Assembly: GCA_039815185.1 (NCBI GenBank)
Contig: JBCBZT010000004.1
Span: 128,001-192,000, forward strand
DNA: 64,000 nucleotides
Direction: 5' to 3'
From: Cyanobacteria bacterium P01_A01_bin.123
GTDB lineage: Bacteria; Cyanobacteriota; Cyanobacteriia; Phormidesmidales; Phormidesmidaceae
Shown in pieces: positions 10,401 through 20,787 of this stretch (its first letter is position 1; every line of letters begins with the position of its first letter). A program made the translations under genes and the position numbers. The notes beneath the pieces are model-generated. The model did not search any database. It worked only from the letters and a program-made list of their open reading frames with translations, and was not told the DNA's origin.

Positions 10401-12239
10401 ATGGTTCATTCTCCCCCCAGCCCAACCATTCAATTTTCTACCCTCGTTGAGCTACTGCGCCACCGGGCTGCTCACCAGCCAGAGAATTTGGCTTATCAGT
10501 TCCTCATTGATGGCAAAAAAGAAGGAGCTGCTTACACTTATGCATCCTTAGATAGCCATGCTCGCGCGATCGCAGTTCTGCTACAGCAAAAGCAGGCCAA
10601 AGGGGAACGGGCGCTGTTGCTTTATCCTCAGGGGGTTGAAGTGGTGGCTGCATTCTGCGGCAGTCTATATGCTGGGGTGATTGCGATTCCCGTCCCCCCC
10701 CCGGATGCTGGACGGATGAAACGTGCATTACCCCGCTTGAGAGAAATTATCAAGGATGCCAACGCCACCTTCGTGCTCAGCAATGCTCGCATCATTGAGC
10801 TGATGGCAGAGGCTGGGGTTGATTTTCCCGAGTTTGAGACGATGGAGTGGATTGACACCGAAACGGTGGATTTGTCCCTGGCCGATAGCTGGGTTGATCC
10901 GGCAGTGGATAAAGACGTGTTGGCCTACCTGCAATACACCTCCGGTTCTACCTCGACGCCCAAAGGGGTAATGCTAAGCCACTTTAACTTGCTGCATCAC
11001 TCCGCCTATCTGCAACGAGCTTGCGGCTACACTGCCGATGGGGCCAGCGTTACTTGGATGCCTTACTTCCACGACTACGGTTTGGTGGAAGGATTGATTC
11101 AACCCCTCTACAACGGTGCGCCTTGCTACGTGATGTCGCCCTTGGCCTTTGTCAAGCGGCCGATTCGCTGGTTAGAAGCGATTGCTCATTACCGAGCCAC
11201 CCACAGCCAAGCGCCTAACTTTGCCTACGACCAGTGTGTCCGCCGTACCAAGCCCAAGCAGCGCGAGGGCTTAGACCTAAGCTGTTGGAAAGGGGCGGGC
11301 AACGCCGCTGAACCAATCAACCCCAGAGTTATGCGGGAGTTTGCTGAGGCCTTTGAACCTCATGGGTTTGAGTGGACAACTTTTGCACCGGCCTATGGTC
11401 TAGCTGAGGCTACCCTACTGGTGTCTTCTAATCCGGTCGATGAAGCACCCGTGATTTTGCCCTTGGATGCTAATGCCCTAGAGCAAGGCAAGGTCGTCAA
11501 GGCCAAAGATAATACTGCTAGCGTGCGCGATACAGTGGGCTGCGGCAAGCTGGTGTGTGAAACCCAGGTGGTGATTGCTGACCCCGATCAGCTAACCCGT
11601 TGTGCCGACAATGCTGTGGGAGAAATCTGGGTGTCTGATCCCGGTGTCGCCTCCGGCTACTGGCAACGACCTGAAGTCAGTGAAGAGACCTTCCGAGCAA
11701 AGTTGAAGGACGATCCAGAAGCTGGCCCCTTCTTGCGCACGGGTGACTTGGGCTTCCTGCAAGATGGGGAATTGTTTATCACCGGCCGGATCAAAGATTT
11801 GATCATTATTCGCGGCACCAATCACTATCCCCAAGACATCGAGTGGACGGTACAGCAGGTCAATACTGCCATGCGCCCTGACTACGGTGCAGCCTTCTCG
11901 ATTATTGATGATGGGGAGGAAAAGCTAGTGGTGGTGCAAGAAGTGGAGCGATCGCGCCAGCAAGACCTACCCGCTGAAGAAATTCTGACTGAAATCCGCC
12001 AAGCGATCGCAGAGGTACACGAGCTCCAAATTCATGCCATTGCTCTCGTGCGCTCTGGTAACGTGCTCAAGACTTCCAGCGGCAAAATTCAGCGGCGAGC
12101 CTGCAAAAACAGCTTCATGGCTGGCAAGTTGGAGGTGATTGCCGACTGGAGTGAAAACCCTAGCCTGACGGCCAAGGTGCGTGACCTCCAAGGTGATATT
12201 GATTCATTAGTGCAACAGCTTAGCAAGCCCAAGGCATAG
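10401..12239 (+). CDS. Fatty acyl-AMP ligase (FAAL)
   Basis: YLQYTSGSTSTPKG, AYGLAEATL, RTGDLG, GRIKDLIIIRGTNHYPQDIE, KTSSGKIQR. Confidence 0.93.
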   Translation: MVHSPPSPTIQFSTLVELLRHRAAHQPENLAYQFLIDGKKEGAAYTYASLDSHARAIAVLLQQKQAKGERALLLYPQGVEVVAAFCGSLYAGVIAIPVPPPDAGRMKRALPRLREIIKDANATFVLSNARIIELMAEAGVDFPEFETMEWIDTETVDLSLADSWVDPAVDKDVLAYLQYTSGSTSTPKGVMLSHFNLLHHSAYLQRACGYTADGASVTWMPYFHDYGLVEGLIQPLYNGAPCYVMSPLAFVKRPIRWLEAIAHYRATHSQAPNFAYDQCVRRTKPKQREGLDLSCWKGAGNAAEPINPRVMREFAEAFEPHGFEWTTFAPAYGLAEATLLVSSNPVDEAPVILPLDANALEQGKVVKAKDNTASVRDTVGCGKLVCETQVVIADPDQLTRCADNAVGEIWVSDPGVASGYWQRPEVSEETFRAKLKDDPEAGPFLRTGDLGFLQDGELFITGRIKDLIIIRGTNHYPQDIEWTVQQVNTAMRPDYGAAFSIIDDGEEKLVVVQEVERSRQQDLPAEEILTEIRQAIAEVHELQIHAIALVRSGNVLKTSSGKIQRRACKNSFMAGKLEVIADWSENPSLTAKVRDLQGDIDSLVQQLSKPKA

Positions 12240-12291
12240 TCAGCCGTGAGTGGTTTCTTTCTCTGTCCCCCCTTTTTTCCATCGCACGATT

Positions 12292-14118
12292 ATGGCAAGT
12301 CCTACACAGCATCTTAAACAGTACTGGTTGGCAGAAGCGCTAGAGCGAGATCTGGGAGATCCAAATAACCCGGATAATCTAATGTCGTTTCAGCAAACCG
12401 CTGCAATTGATGAAAGCGAGGAATTTCCCCATCAGGAAATTGCCTGGCTCTACAACTGGCAGCTTCAGCGCTACTATATCCCCACTGAATGCGGTGGTGA
12501 ATTTACCTCTTTCGAGGAATTCGTTGCTTTTGTCAGGGTAATGGCTCGTCGCGATCTCAACATCTCCATTGCCTTTACTACCCTGTTTTGGTCCTTCCTG
12601 ACTTGGATGGCGGGTACGGACGAACAAAAACAAAAGCTAATGCACTATATCGTCGAAGATCACGGTGCGATGTGTCTCTCCTATTCTGAGCGGGAACACG
12701 GCAGTGATTTAGTCGGGGGTGACACTGTTGCGGTAAAAGTGCCTGGGGGCTACCGCATGACTGGGGAAAAATGGCCAATCAACCGCGCCACTATCTCGGG
12801 TTTGACCTATGTCCTAGCCCGCACCAATGAGGAAGGGGGCAACCGAGGGCTGTCGCTATTCATGGTGGATAAAAGCGAACTCAACCCCGACGAGTATTCC
12901 AACCTACCCAAGATTAAAACCCACGGCATTCGGGCCGCCGACATGAGCGGCATCAAGTTTGACAACTGTTTTGTCCCCGACAGCGCATTGCTGGGCAAAG
13001 AAGGACAAGGTTTGGAGCTGGCACTTGAAGGATTCCAAATCACCCGTGCCCTATGTGCTGCTTTCTCCCAAGGGGCCGCAGATACGACCCTGCGCACAAC
13101 CCTCAAGTTTGCCATCAACCGTCAGCTTTACGCTAAAAAGACCGTACTAGAAATGCCCCACGCCCGCCGCACGCTGGTTAACGGGTTCTTGGATATTCTG
13201 ACCTGCGATTGTGTCAACATCGGCGCTGCCCGAGGATTTCACGTGGTGCCCGAGCAGTTTAGCGTATGGTCGGCGGTGGATAAATACTTCGTCCCCGTTG
13301 TCTTAGAAAAAATGATGCAGGACATTTCCGTTGTGCTGGGGGCACGGTTTTACATGCGTGATGAGCATGATGCTGGCGTTTTTCAAAAGATGTTGCGCGA
13401 CAGCGCCATCATTAGCGTGTTTGACGGCAGCTCGGTAGTCAACCTGCATGCGCTGATCTTGCAGCGGCGGCAGCTGGCTAAAGCGCGATCGCGTCGTAAG
13501 CCGAACCAGGTTGAGGGGCTACAGGCCCGCCTGAAAAATAGCTTTGCCCTAGACCAACCCCTACCGGCCTTTGCACCCCAAAAACTAGAGCTCATTAGTC
13601 GAGGAGCAGATGATGTGATGCACAGTCTGGAACCGGCTCTCGATCAGTTGAAGTCTTTAGTGGATCAAGCAGATGTGAATCAGGGCACGCTGCAAGAAGT
13701 GATCGCTTTGGTTGAAATCATCCGTGAAGAACTCGATGCCCAAGACGAGCAAATTGCCCAATCTGGCTTTGAGCACGGACACGACCAGTCTTTCGAGTCG
13801 TTTGAAATGGCAAAGCACTATTGTTGTCTGCACTCAGGTCTCGCCTGTGTTCAGATGTGGCTACACAATCGCCATCAGCTTGGTGACTTCTTTGCTAACG
13901 GGGAGTGGTTGGTGCTTTCTCTGCACCGTCTCCTATCTCCCGCTCGACTCGATCTTGCCCAGGTACCTGAGGCATATTACGAGGCAGTTGCCGAGGAAAT
14001 GCTGAAGCTCTACCACGAGGACAAACTGTTCTCGATTGTTCCCTTCCAGTTAGCCCGCGCTAGCAAGTTGGAAGAGATACCCAGTCAAACTGCACCTGAA
14101 TTACAACTGCAAGCCTAG
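12292..14118 (+). CDS. Acyl-CoA/acyl-ACP dehydrogenase
   Basis: SEREHGSDL, GEKWPINRA, THGIRAADMSG, G(K)EGQGLE, VFDGSSVVN. Confidence 0.9.
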   Translation: MASPTQHLKQYWLAEALERDLGDPNNPDNLMSFQQTAAIDESEEFPHQEIAWLYNWQLQRYYIPTECGGEFTSFEEFVAFVRVMARRDLNISIAFTTLFWSFLTWMAGTDEQKQKLMHYIVEDHGAMCLSYSEREHGSDLVGGDTVAVKVPGGYRMTGEKWPINRATISGLTYVLARTNEEGGNRGLSLFMVDKSELNPDEYSNLPKIKTHGIRAADMSGIKFDNCFVPDSALLGKEGQGLELALEGFQITRALCAAFSQGAADTTLRTTLKFAINRQLYAKKTVLEMPHARRTLVNGFLDILTCDCVNIGAARGFHVVPEQFSVWSAVDKYFVPVVLEKMMQDISVVLGARFYMRDEHDAGVFQKMLRDSAIISVFDGSSVVNLHALILQRRQLAKARSRRKPNQVEGLQARLKNSFALDQPLPAFAPQKLELISRGADDVMHSLEPALDQLKSLVDQADVNQGTLQEVIALVEIIREELDAQDEQIAQSGFEHGHDQSFESFEMAKHYCCLHSGLACVQMWLHNRHQLGDFFANGEWLVLSLHRLLSPARLDLAQVPEAYYEAVAEEMLKLYHEDKLFSIVPFQLARASKLEEIPSQTAPELQLQA

Positions 14119-14137
14119 AACCTCTAACCCAAGTCCT

Positions 14138-14437
14138 ATGAACTCAACCACAACTAACCCTCAAACTGCTGCTTCTCCCGTTGAGGCCATCCAAGTTTGG
14201 CTAGTGAATCAACTGGCGGAGGTGCTCTCTCTCGATCCCAGCACCGTAGATGTAAAACAGCCTCTGACTCGCTACGGGCTGGATTCTATTGATGCGGTGA
14301 CCTTGGTAGGCGATTTGGAAGACTGGCTCGATCTTGAATTGCCCTCTACTCTGCTGTGGGATTATCCCACCATTGAGAAGGCAGCTTCATATATGGTCGA
14401 AGAGTTTGAAGTCTCGATTGACCTAGAAGCGGCTTAA
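14138..14437 (+). CDS. Discrete acyl carrier protein
   Basis: YGLDSIDAV phosphopantetheine site, LLWDYPTI. Confidence 0.93.
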   Translation: MNSTTTNPQTAASPVEAIQVWLVNQLAEVLSLDPSTVDVKQPLTRYGLDSIDAVTLVGDLEDWLDLELPSTLLWDYPTIEKAASYMVEEFEVSIDLEAA

Positions 14438-15006
14438 CTACTCTCTCCATTTTCCGATTCCTAGCTCTGCTTGTGGAATCGTAATTAGAGGCGCTGCCTC
14501 CATCCTGAGCTTTAGGATGATTCCCGATGACTTTGGTCGTGTCTTTGCATGCGGCCAAAGTTTGCTTTAAATTTTTATTCTTTGATTCGAGACGGGAACC
14601 CACATCTCCTGAAATTGTAGCTTTGGCGTATCGCTTAACTACATCAGGTGCCGTTGAACCGCCCTGTGCAAGAATCAATGTGATTCGTGACCGCACAGAG
14701 AATTGTGGCAGTTACTCTGGATCTGAGTTCGCAATTGATTCTCCCGAAATATCAGATTAATTTTGCCCGGTAAACCTGTATTTCACCTTGAAGCACTACA
14801 AAAGGACGTAATCGCACTCCAAAGGTTAGATCGCGTTTCTTTATTGATAGGTTGCCCAGGAGCAGTTTGGAACATTCCTTAGCAGCTATCGGTAATTAAG
14901 CAGTAGAGCAGACGCAAGATATTGCGGGGTGTGTCATGATGAACCCTGATAGGTTTTCAGCACCCTAGGAGTCTCTTAGATAAATACGGTGAGTTAAGGC
15001 AGCACC

Positions 15007-15843
15007 ATGGCAAACCAATCACACCTCGATCAACTCCAACAAGGCATCGATCACTGGAATCAATGGCGGCAGGATAATCCGGCTGAAACTTTTGATTTTA
15101 GCGGTGCTGATTTAAGCCAACTCCCACTCAAAGGGGCTAATCTACAGGGGGGCAATTTTGGACGGGCTAAGCTGATTGGCGTTACCCTCACTGGGGCTGA
15201 TTTGCAAAATGCCAGTCTTATAGGCGCAGATTTGAGTGGTGCTGACCTGATTGATGCCAACCTGAAGGCGGCTAATCTCGCAGGTGCCAATTTGCTGGGG
15301 GCTGATTTAGGCAACAGCATTTTAATAGGTGCGAATCTGAGTAAAACGACCCTAAATCGAGCCAACTTGGGCAATGCCGATTTAACCCAGGCTGATTTGA
15401 CGGCAGCCAGTATTATTGGGGCTGATTTAAGTCGGGCTATTTTACATCAGGCCACGTTAGTTGATGCCGACCTGAAGCGGGCCGAAATGCAGCGGACAAA
15501 AGCCAGCCAGGCGAATATGAGCCGCACTAATTTTGCCGATGCCCGATTGATGAGTGCTGATTTGACTGGGGCAACTCTGGATGAGGCTAATTTAAGTGGG
15601 GCGCGCTTAAATCGAGCCAAACTTAACCAAGGACATCTGGGTCAGGCTAATCTATCGAATGCTACGCTGCTGGGTGCAAATCTCAGCGGGGCCGACCTCA
15701 GCGGGGCCGATTTGACTGATGCCAATCTCAGCGGTGCTGATTTGACCGATGCCAATCTCACAGATGTGGTGTTGTCAAATACCAATTTGGAAGGGGCTGC
15801 GTTGAATCAAACTCTGCTGCCCGATGGCGCTCAGCAAGCATAG
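15007..15843 (+). CDS. Pentapeptide repeat protein
   Basis: HLDQLQQG..WNQWR N-cap, then long A(D/N)LxG repeats. Confidence 0.95.
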   Translation: MANQSHLDQLQQGIDHWNQWRQDNPAETFDFSGADLSQLPLKGANLQGGNFGRAKLIGVTLTGADLQNASLIGADLSGADLIDANLKAANLAGANLLGADLGNSILIGANLSKTTLNRANLGNADLTQADLTAASIIGADLSRAILHQATLVDADLKRAEMQRTKASQANMSRTNFADARLMSADLTGATLDEANLSGARLNRAKLNQGHLGQANLSNATLLGANLSGADLSGADLTDANLSGADLTDANLTDVVLSNTNLEGAALNQTLLPDGAQQA

Positions 15844-15849
15844 GCCGTT

Positions 15850-16473
15850 GTGGTAGGGTTAGCACTGCATACGAGTAGTCCAGAGCTAGGGTTGGCTATC
15901 GGTAACAGTGATGGTGGCGCCAGGGTTCAGGTGTGGCCATTGGGGCGATCGCTGTCTACCGAGCTACATCCTCATCTCGCAGAGTTTTTGTCTCCTCAGC
16001 GTTGGTCAGACCTGACTTTCATTGCTGTTGCTCAAGGGCCAGGTAGCTTTACAGGAACCCGAATTGGTGTAGTTGCGGCTAGAACCTTGGCGCAGCAGCT
16101 GGGGGTGCCTTTATTTGGAGTATCGAGCTTGGCAGCGATCGCGCAACAATGCCTAGACCAAGCAAAGCTGATTGCTGATGGGCCTATTGCTGTGCAAATG
16201 CGGGCACAACGAGGTGAATACTATGGGGCAATTTATCAACCTGCCCCAATGGGAGTTGAGTCAATATTAGGCGATGCCGTATTGAGTGCTGAGGACTGGC
16301 AGCATAAACTCGACACTGCCCCTCAATCGTGTCAGGTTTGGAGCGCCGAAGATAATTTGGCGAACTCTGTGGAAGCAGTGCTGAAACTAGCATGGCTCAG
16401 ATGGCACCAGGGCGATCGCCCTGATTGGTCAACAGTGCTGCCCTTTTACGGGCAGCATCCCGTTTCCCATTGA
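15850..16473 (+). CDS. tsaB: tRNA t6A biosynthesis protein TsaB
   Basis: LALHTSS, GPGSFTGTRIG, LPFYGQHPV. Confidence 0.93.
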   Translation: MVGLALHTSSPELGLAIGNSDGGARVQVWPLGRSLSTELHPHLAEFLSPQRWSDLTFIAVAQGPGSFTGTRIGVVAARTLAQQLGVPLFGVSSLAAIAQQCLDQAKLIADGPIAVQMRAQRGEYYGAIYQPAPMGVESILGDAVLSAEDWQHKLDTAPQSCQVWSAEDNLANSVEAVLKLAWLRWHQGDRPDWSTVLPFYGQHPVSH

Positions 16474-16777
16474 ACTGTGATTCTGGGGACGGGTTGAGTG
16501 TGTTAAGGCGCAATTTAAGCGTTCTATAACGGTTCGTAACCATAACCTTAATTTAACCCCGATCCCCTAGATGTAGCGTATGCTTCTACCAGCTAGGGAC
16601 AACATATAGTATTTACCTTTTAACTGGCCCGATTAGAACGTTAAAACTTCTCCACCGAAAAGAACATGATGTTGCGGAGATTTAAGACCTGTATTTGATT
16701 GACCGGCTATGACTTGAAGCGCCCTTAAGGGCGTGGATATCTGATCAATGTGTCGATGCCGTTACTCCACCTAAGCT

Positions 16778-17314
16778 ATGACTCAATTTATTGTGTACGC
16801 TTGCCCCACTGGGCACTTGGCTGAGCAACTCCAAGCTTTTTTGGCAGAGAGCTCAGTTCACTATGGCAAAAATGCTGCCCATAGTTACATGCCCCACTGT
16901 ACTCTGACGGGGTTTTTTGATGATTTTAATCGGGCTGTCCCGATCTACACACGCACCCTAGTGCGAGCTTATAAGCGTGCCCTGCGATCGCGCCCCAACC
17001 CCGCGCTCACGATCAAAGACCTGAGCTTCAAACCTGACTGGCATGGCCTGGAACTTGACTCACCCTGGCTTAAACAATTGGTTCTAGACTTTGCCTGCAC
17101 CGCCAGTTCTCCTAGCCGCAAAAATGCCATTCGACCCAAAAGTTGGCTGCATCTCAGCCTCGCCTACGAATTTGTTGCAGACCAGGCTGAGTCTTTGGCC
17201 CAACTAGCCCAAAGCATGGTGGATCCCAATGCCCCGGCCGATTGGGAACTGCGCTTTTATCAACGGGATCCTGGCAATCGGTGGATTTGTCATCAGGCGT
17301 TGCCACTGTCATAG
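16778..17314 (+). CDS. Hypothetical protein, probable 2H-phosphoesterase fold
   Basis: Two H-x-(T/S)-hydrophobic motifs, PHCTL and LHLSL, about 85 aa apart. Confidence 0.6.
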   Translation: MTQFIVYACPTGHLAEQLQAFLAESSVHYGKNAAHSYMPHCTLTGFFDDFNRAVPIYTRTLVRAYKRALRSRPNPALTIKDLSFKPDWHGLELDSPWLKQLVLDFACTASSPSRKNAIRPKSWLHLSLAYEFVADQAESLAQLAQSMVDPNAPADWELRFYQRDPGNRWICHQALPLS

Positions 17315-17399
17315 GGAGGAGTTAAGGGGGGGAGGAGTTAGGCCTTTATGTTTCTTAAGGCTTCAGGTCTAAGACGTAAGGCGTAAGTCGTGAGAAAAC

Positions 17400-18068
17400 T
17401 TATCTCCTATCTCCTATCTCCTCACTACCCGCCTCAACCCGATACTTGTGATAATTCAAGCAAAACTCGTCGCTATTGACTGCACCATTCCCGTTGACAA
17501 AGGTGCGATGGGCGTCACGCATGATTTCAAAGGCTTCGTCGCAGCTTTGAACCCAAAACAGCAGTTCGTAATCTTCAAAGTTGATCAACTCTTTTTGGAG
17601 TGGCCAGTGGCGTACCCAGCCTAAGAAATCTGCCCACATATCACCCATCAGCACAATCGGCATGTTGCAGATATGTTCGACCTGCATGAGTTGCCAGGTA
17701 TAGGCTAGCTCCAACAAGGTACCAATGCCGCCGGGGGCGACTACCACAGCGTTAGCTAAGGCCATAAATTTGTCTAAACGTTCGGAGAAGCGACTAAATT
17801 CGTGCTTGATGTCTACGTGGGGGTTGGCGGCTTCTTCAAAGGGAAGTTTGATGTTTAGCCCATAGGATTTGCTAGCGGGGTCTGCCCGTCCTTCTCTGTG
17901 GCCACGATTGGCGGCTTCCATCAGACCCGGACCTCCACCAGTCACGACATCCATGCCTTCGCGGCCTAGCAGACGGGCTAGCCGTCTCACCTGTTCGTAA
18001 TTTGAATCGCCGGGCTTGAGGCGAGCTGAACCAAAAATAACGACTCGGAATCGATCGGGATCTGGCAT
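17400..18068 (-). CDS. LOG family nucleotide phosphoribohydrolase-like protein
   Basis: IFGSAR, TGGGPGLMEAAN, PGGIGTLLE. Confidence 0.9.
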   Translation of the reverse strand: MPDPDRFRVVIFGSARLKPGDSNYEQVRRLARLLGREGMDVVTGGGPGLMEAANRGHREGRADPASKSYGLNIKLPFEEAANPHVDIKHEFSRFSERLDKFMALANAVVVAPGGIGTLLELAYTWQLMQVEHICNMPIVLMGDMWADFLGWVRHWPLQKELINFEDYELLFWVQSCDEAFEIMRDAHRTFVNGNGAVNSDEFCLNYHKYRVEAGSEEIGDRR

Positions 18069-18443
18069 GGAGTAACCCTAACTTTGGTGTAACTAACGAC
18101 CGCCAGTGACGATGGTTAACATCCCCATTTGCAGTGAATCGAGGCTGTGAGCTGTGATTGCGATCGCGTAGAGCATGTTAGCAGATTTAGCCAGGCTTAA
18201 GATAACTGGGGAACTGACTATTATCTCTGATGAGAGTTAGATGATCGCTTGAAAACTCAGCACTATTGCGTAGACTGGTGCTGTAGAAGGTTTGGATTGA
18301 AATGTGTCATCTGCGATCGCGAGTGGGTTGAGTCTACTCAACCCTCCAGTTTGTGGTTGTTCTCTGGTGCATTTTGCGAAAGGCCGCACCCTGTTGATGC
18401 CCGGCAGAGCAATGCATAACACCACTCAAGGAACTTTTTTCCG

Positions 18444-18872
18444 ATGACCCAGGCAACTCATGGCAACACCGTAAAAATCCATTACACGGGACGCCTAGAA
18501 GACGGCACTGTCTTTGATTCTTCTGTCGATCGAGATCCCTTAGAATTTACTATCGGCGGTGGTGGAATTATTCCGGGCTTTGAAGAAGCCGTGATGGGCA
18601 TGGCCCCAGGAGAATCTAAAACGACCACCATCGCGCCAGAATCTGCCTACGGCCCTTATCGTCCAGAAATGGTGCTCAAGGTTGAGCGAGAGCAAATTCC
18701 AGAGGATATCCCGCTGTCTGTAGGTCAGCAAATGCAAATCCGCCAACCTGATGGTAGTGCTGTCCCTGTGATTGTCACTGAAATGAACGAAGGCGACGTG
18801 ACCCTGGACGGGAATCACCCTTTAGCTGGGGAAAATCTAGTGTTTGATATCGAATTAGTCGAAATCAACTAA
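18444..18872 (+). CDS. slyD: FKBP-type peptidyl-prolyl isomerase (SlyD-like, no His tail)
   Basis: HYTGRLEDGTVFDSS, IIPGFE, DGNHPLAG. Confidence 0.9.
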   Translation: MTQATHGNTVKIHYTGRLEDGTVFDSSVDRDPLEFTIGGGGIIPGFEEAVMGMAPGESKTTTIAPESAYGPYRPEMVLKVEREQIPEDIPLSVGQQMQIRQPDGSAVPVIVTEMNEGDVTLDGNHPLAGENLVFDIELVEIN

Positions 18873-20524
18873 GGCAGCAAACTTAACTGCTGCACCGGAT
18901 TGTTAGGTTGAGATTTAGCTTGCTTGCGCCGCCTATGCAGCTTAGGCGGCGTAATGTCGACATGGGCTACAAACCAGGTTCGTAAGGTGTTAGCCTGGGT
19001 TTGATCTAGCTCAGTCAAATCTAGACAAGTTGGAAACAGAGGGGTGTCAGAGCGTTTGGCCCAGGCAACTTCGCTATGGTGATAGTCAGCCCCAAAAGGC
19101 GTAATGTCATTAGGGAGTGCGGTGACGTAGGGTACGATGTTGTCAGCCTTGAGAAACCGTTGGCGTTGAAGTTCAAGCTGCTTGACTCGATGCTGGCGGG
19201 CTTGACGGTAGTCCAAAATAGGGGAAGGATAGCCTTTCACTTTAGGCGGTTGCCCCAACTGCTCCGGTGGTAGGTGGGCAAGTTCAGGTACCCAGTGTTT
19301 GATAAAGGCCCCTTCTGGATCACAGCGGTCTACAGCAACCTGGCCTGGATTGTAAATTCGTGTCCAGGTTTTATCGACGCAGTGGGTTACCCCAGCCTGC
19401 ATGGCCCACTGGTAGTGATCAATCGGACAGTCCCCGTCAATCAAATGACGCATAAAGTGCAGAGCACCCCAGCGCCAGTCCATCCCTAGTAGGTTGCTTA
19501 AGAAACTTGAATAAATGGCTCGACTGCGGAAATTGAGCGCTAGCCAACCGCCTGTGGACTGGAGACAGCGCGCTGCCGCATCCACAATTGGAAAACCTGT
19601 ATGGCCTGTTTGCCAAGCTTCATATAAGGCTTTGTCGAAGGGCCAACCATCTTGGTCAAAGATGGCATAGAGCGATCGCAGTTCCAGCTGAGGCAAATAG
19701 CGAAATCGCTGGGTAAATCCGCACCCCCAACGCAAGCGGGCAATCAGCTGATGGTGACTACGCTGGATACGATTGTCTCCTTGGTCGGGAGTTTGCTGGA
19801 TGGTTTGCACACATTCCCGAATGGAAATTGCACCAAATTTAATGTGGGGACTAAGCCCAGTAGTCGCTTCAGCACTGGGATAAGAGAGCTGCCAATAGTA
19901 GCGATCGCTCTTGGCACTCAAAAACGTCTTCAAGAGCTGTCGAGCAGCATCAGTCCCCCCTTTCGGAATTGTTTTACCGTCAGGGTTATGGCTGAGATCG
20001 CTTAGGCACGGCAGAGATAAACTGGTCACATCGGCTGGTACGCGAACACGGGTCGGCGTCGGCACCATCGGTTCAGCCATGTGGGCGTACCAGGTTTCTC
20101 GATACTGGGGATAGGGTACTAAATCCACCAGACTGGCAGGTGGGTCAAACCAGCGAATCTTCATACCTTGAACAGCTAAGGCCTGATTCAACCGGGCGTC
20201 GCGTACTCGACCGTAGATTCGCTCACAGTCTGTGTGGGCGTAAATACCTTCAGCTTGGGTTTCACGTACTAATTGAGGTAGCACCTCAACCGGATCACCG
20301 GCGCGGAAAATGAGTCTTCCGCCGCGATCGCGTAGATCAGCATCCAGGGAAGCTAAACAGTCGAGCATAAAGGCGACTCTGGCTGATCCCGTTTCAGGGT
20401 GGTGCAGCAGGGCGCGATCGAAGACAAATACCGGAATGACTTCACCTCGCCGCGCCGCCCGATAAATCGGGTCGTGATCAACAATGCGCAAATCCCGTCG
20501 AAACCAAACAACGGTGCGGTTCAT
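18869..20524 (-). CDS. Cryptochrome/photolyase family protein
   Basis: VVWFRRDLR..DH, TGLSPHIKFG, GHTGFPIVDAA, RIYNP, FIKHWVPEL. Confidence 0.9.
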   Translation of the reverse strand: MNRTVVWFRRDLRIVDHDPIYRAARRGEVIPVFVFDRALLHHPETGSARVAFMLDCLASLDADLRDRGGRLIFRAGDPVEVLPQLVRETQAEGIYAHTDCERIYGRVRDARLNQALAVQGMKIRWFDPPASLVDLVPYPQYRETWYAHMAEPMVPTPTRVRVPADVTSLSLPCLSDLSHNPDGKTIPKGGTDAARQLLKTFLSAKSDRYYWQLSYPSAEATTGLSPHIKFGAISIRECVQTIQQTPDQGDNRIQRSHHQLIARLRWGCGFTQRFRYLPQLELRSLYAIFDQDGWPFDKALYEAWQTGHTGFPIVDAAARCLQSTGGWLALNFRSRAIYSSFLSNLLGMDWRWGALHFMRHLIDGDCPIDHYQWAMQAGVTHCVDKTWTRIYNPGQVAVDRCDPEGAFIKHWVPELAHLPPEQLGQPPKVKGYPSPILDYRQARQHRVKQLELQRQRFLKADNIVPYVTALPNDITPFGADYHHSEVAWAKRSDTPLFPTCLDLTELDQTQANTLRTWFVAHVDITPPKLHRRRKQAKSQPNNPVQQLSLLP

Positions 20525-20787
20525 AGCTGCTCTAAGGGGGACTTGGGGGACTCTCGACTAACAACACCTTAGCAAAAGTTAATGGTTCTCAGGAACAATG
20601 GGTAGTCAGATAAATACATTTGTACTACTATTGGGTCATGGCCACGGAATGGCTCTAAAGCTCCGGTGTTTGAGGGGTGGTATTGCTGGACTGTCGCGTT
20701 GGTCCAGGGTCATCAGTACTGTCCCTTCTTCCTTTCCAGTTATGCGTGGTAGCAGGTTCGGCTTCAGATCAATGGAGGATGTCAGCC

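Noticed and set aside
14437..15006. Possible NtcA sites and short ORFs downstream of the ACP
   Set aside because: The GTA...TAC spacing is 9 rather than 8, and the ORFs lack coding hallmarks
15007..15843. Periodic DNA suggesting a CRISPR or tandem array
   Set aside because: Explained by pentapeptide-repeat coding; no repeat-spacer structure
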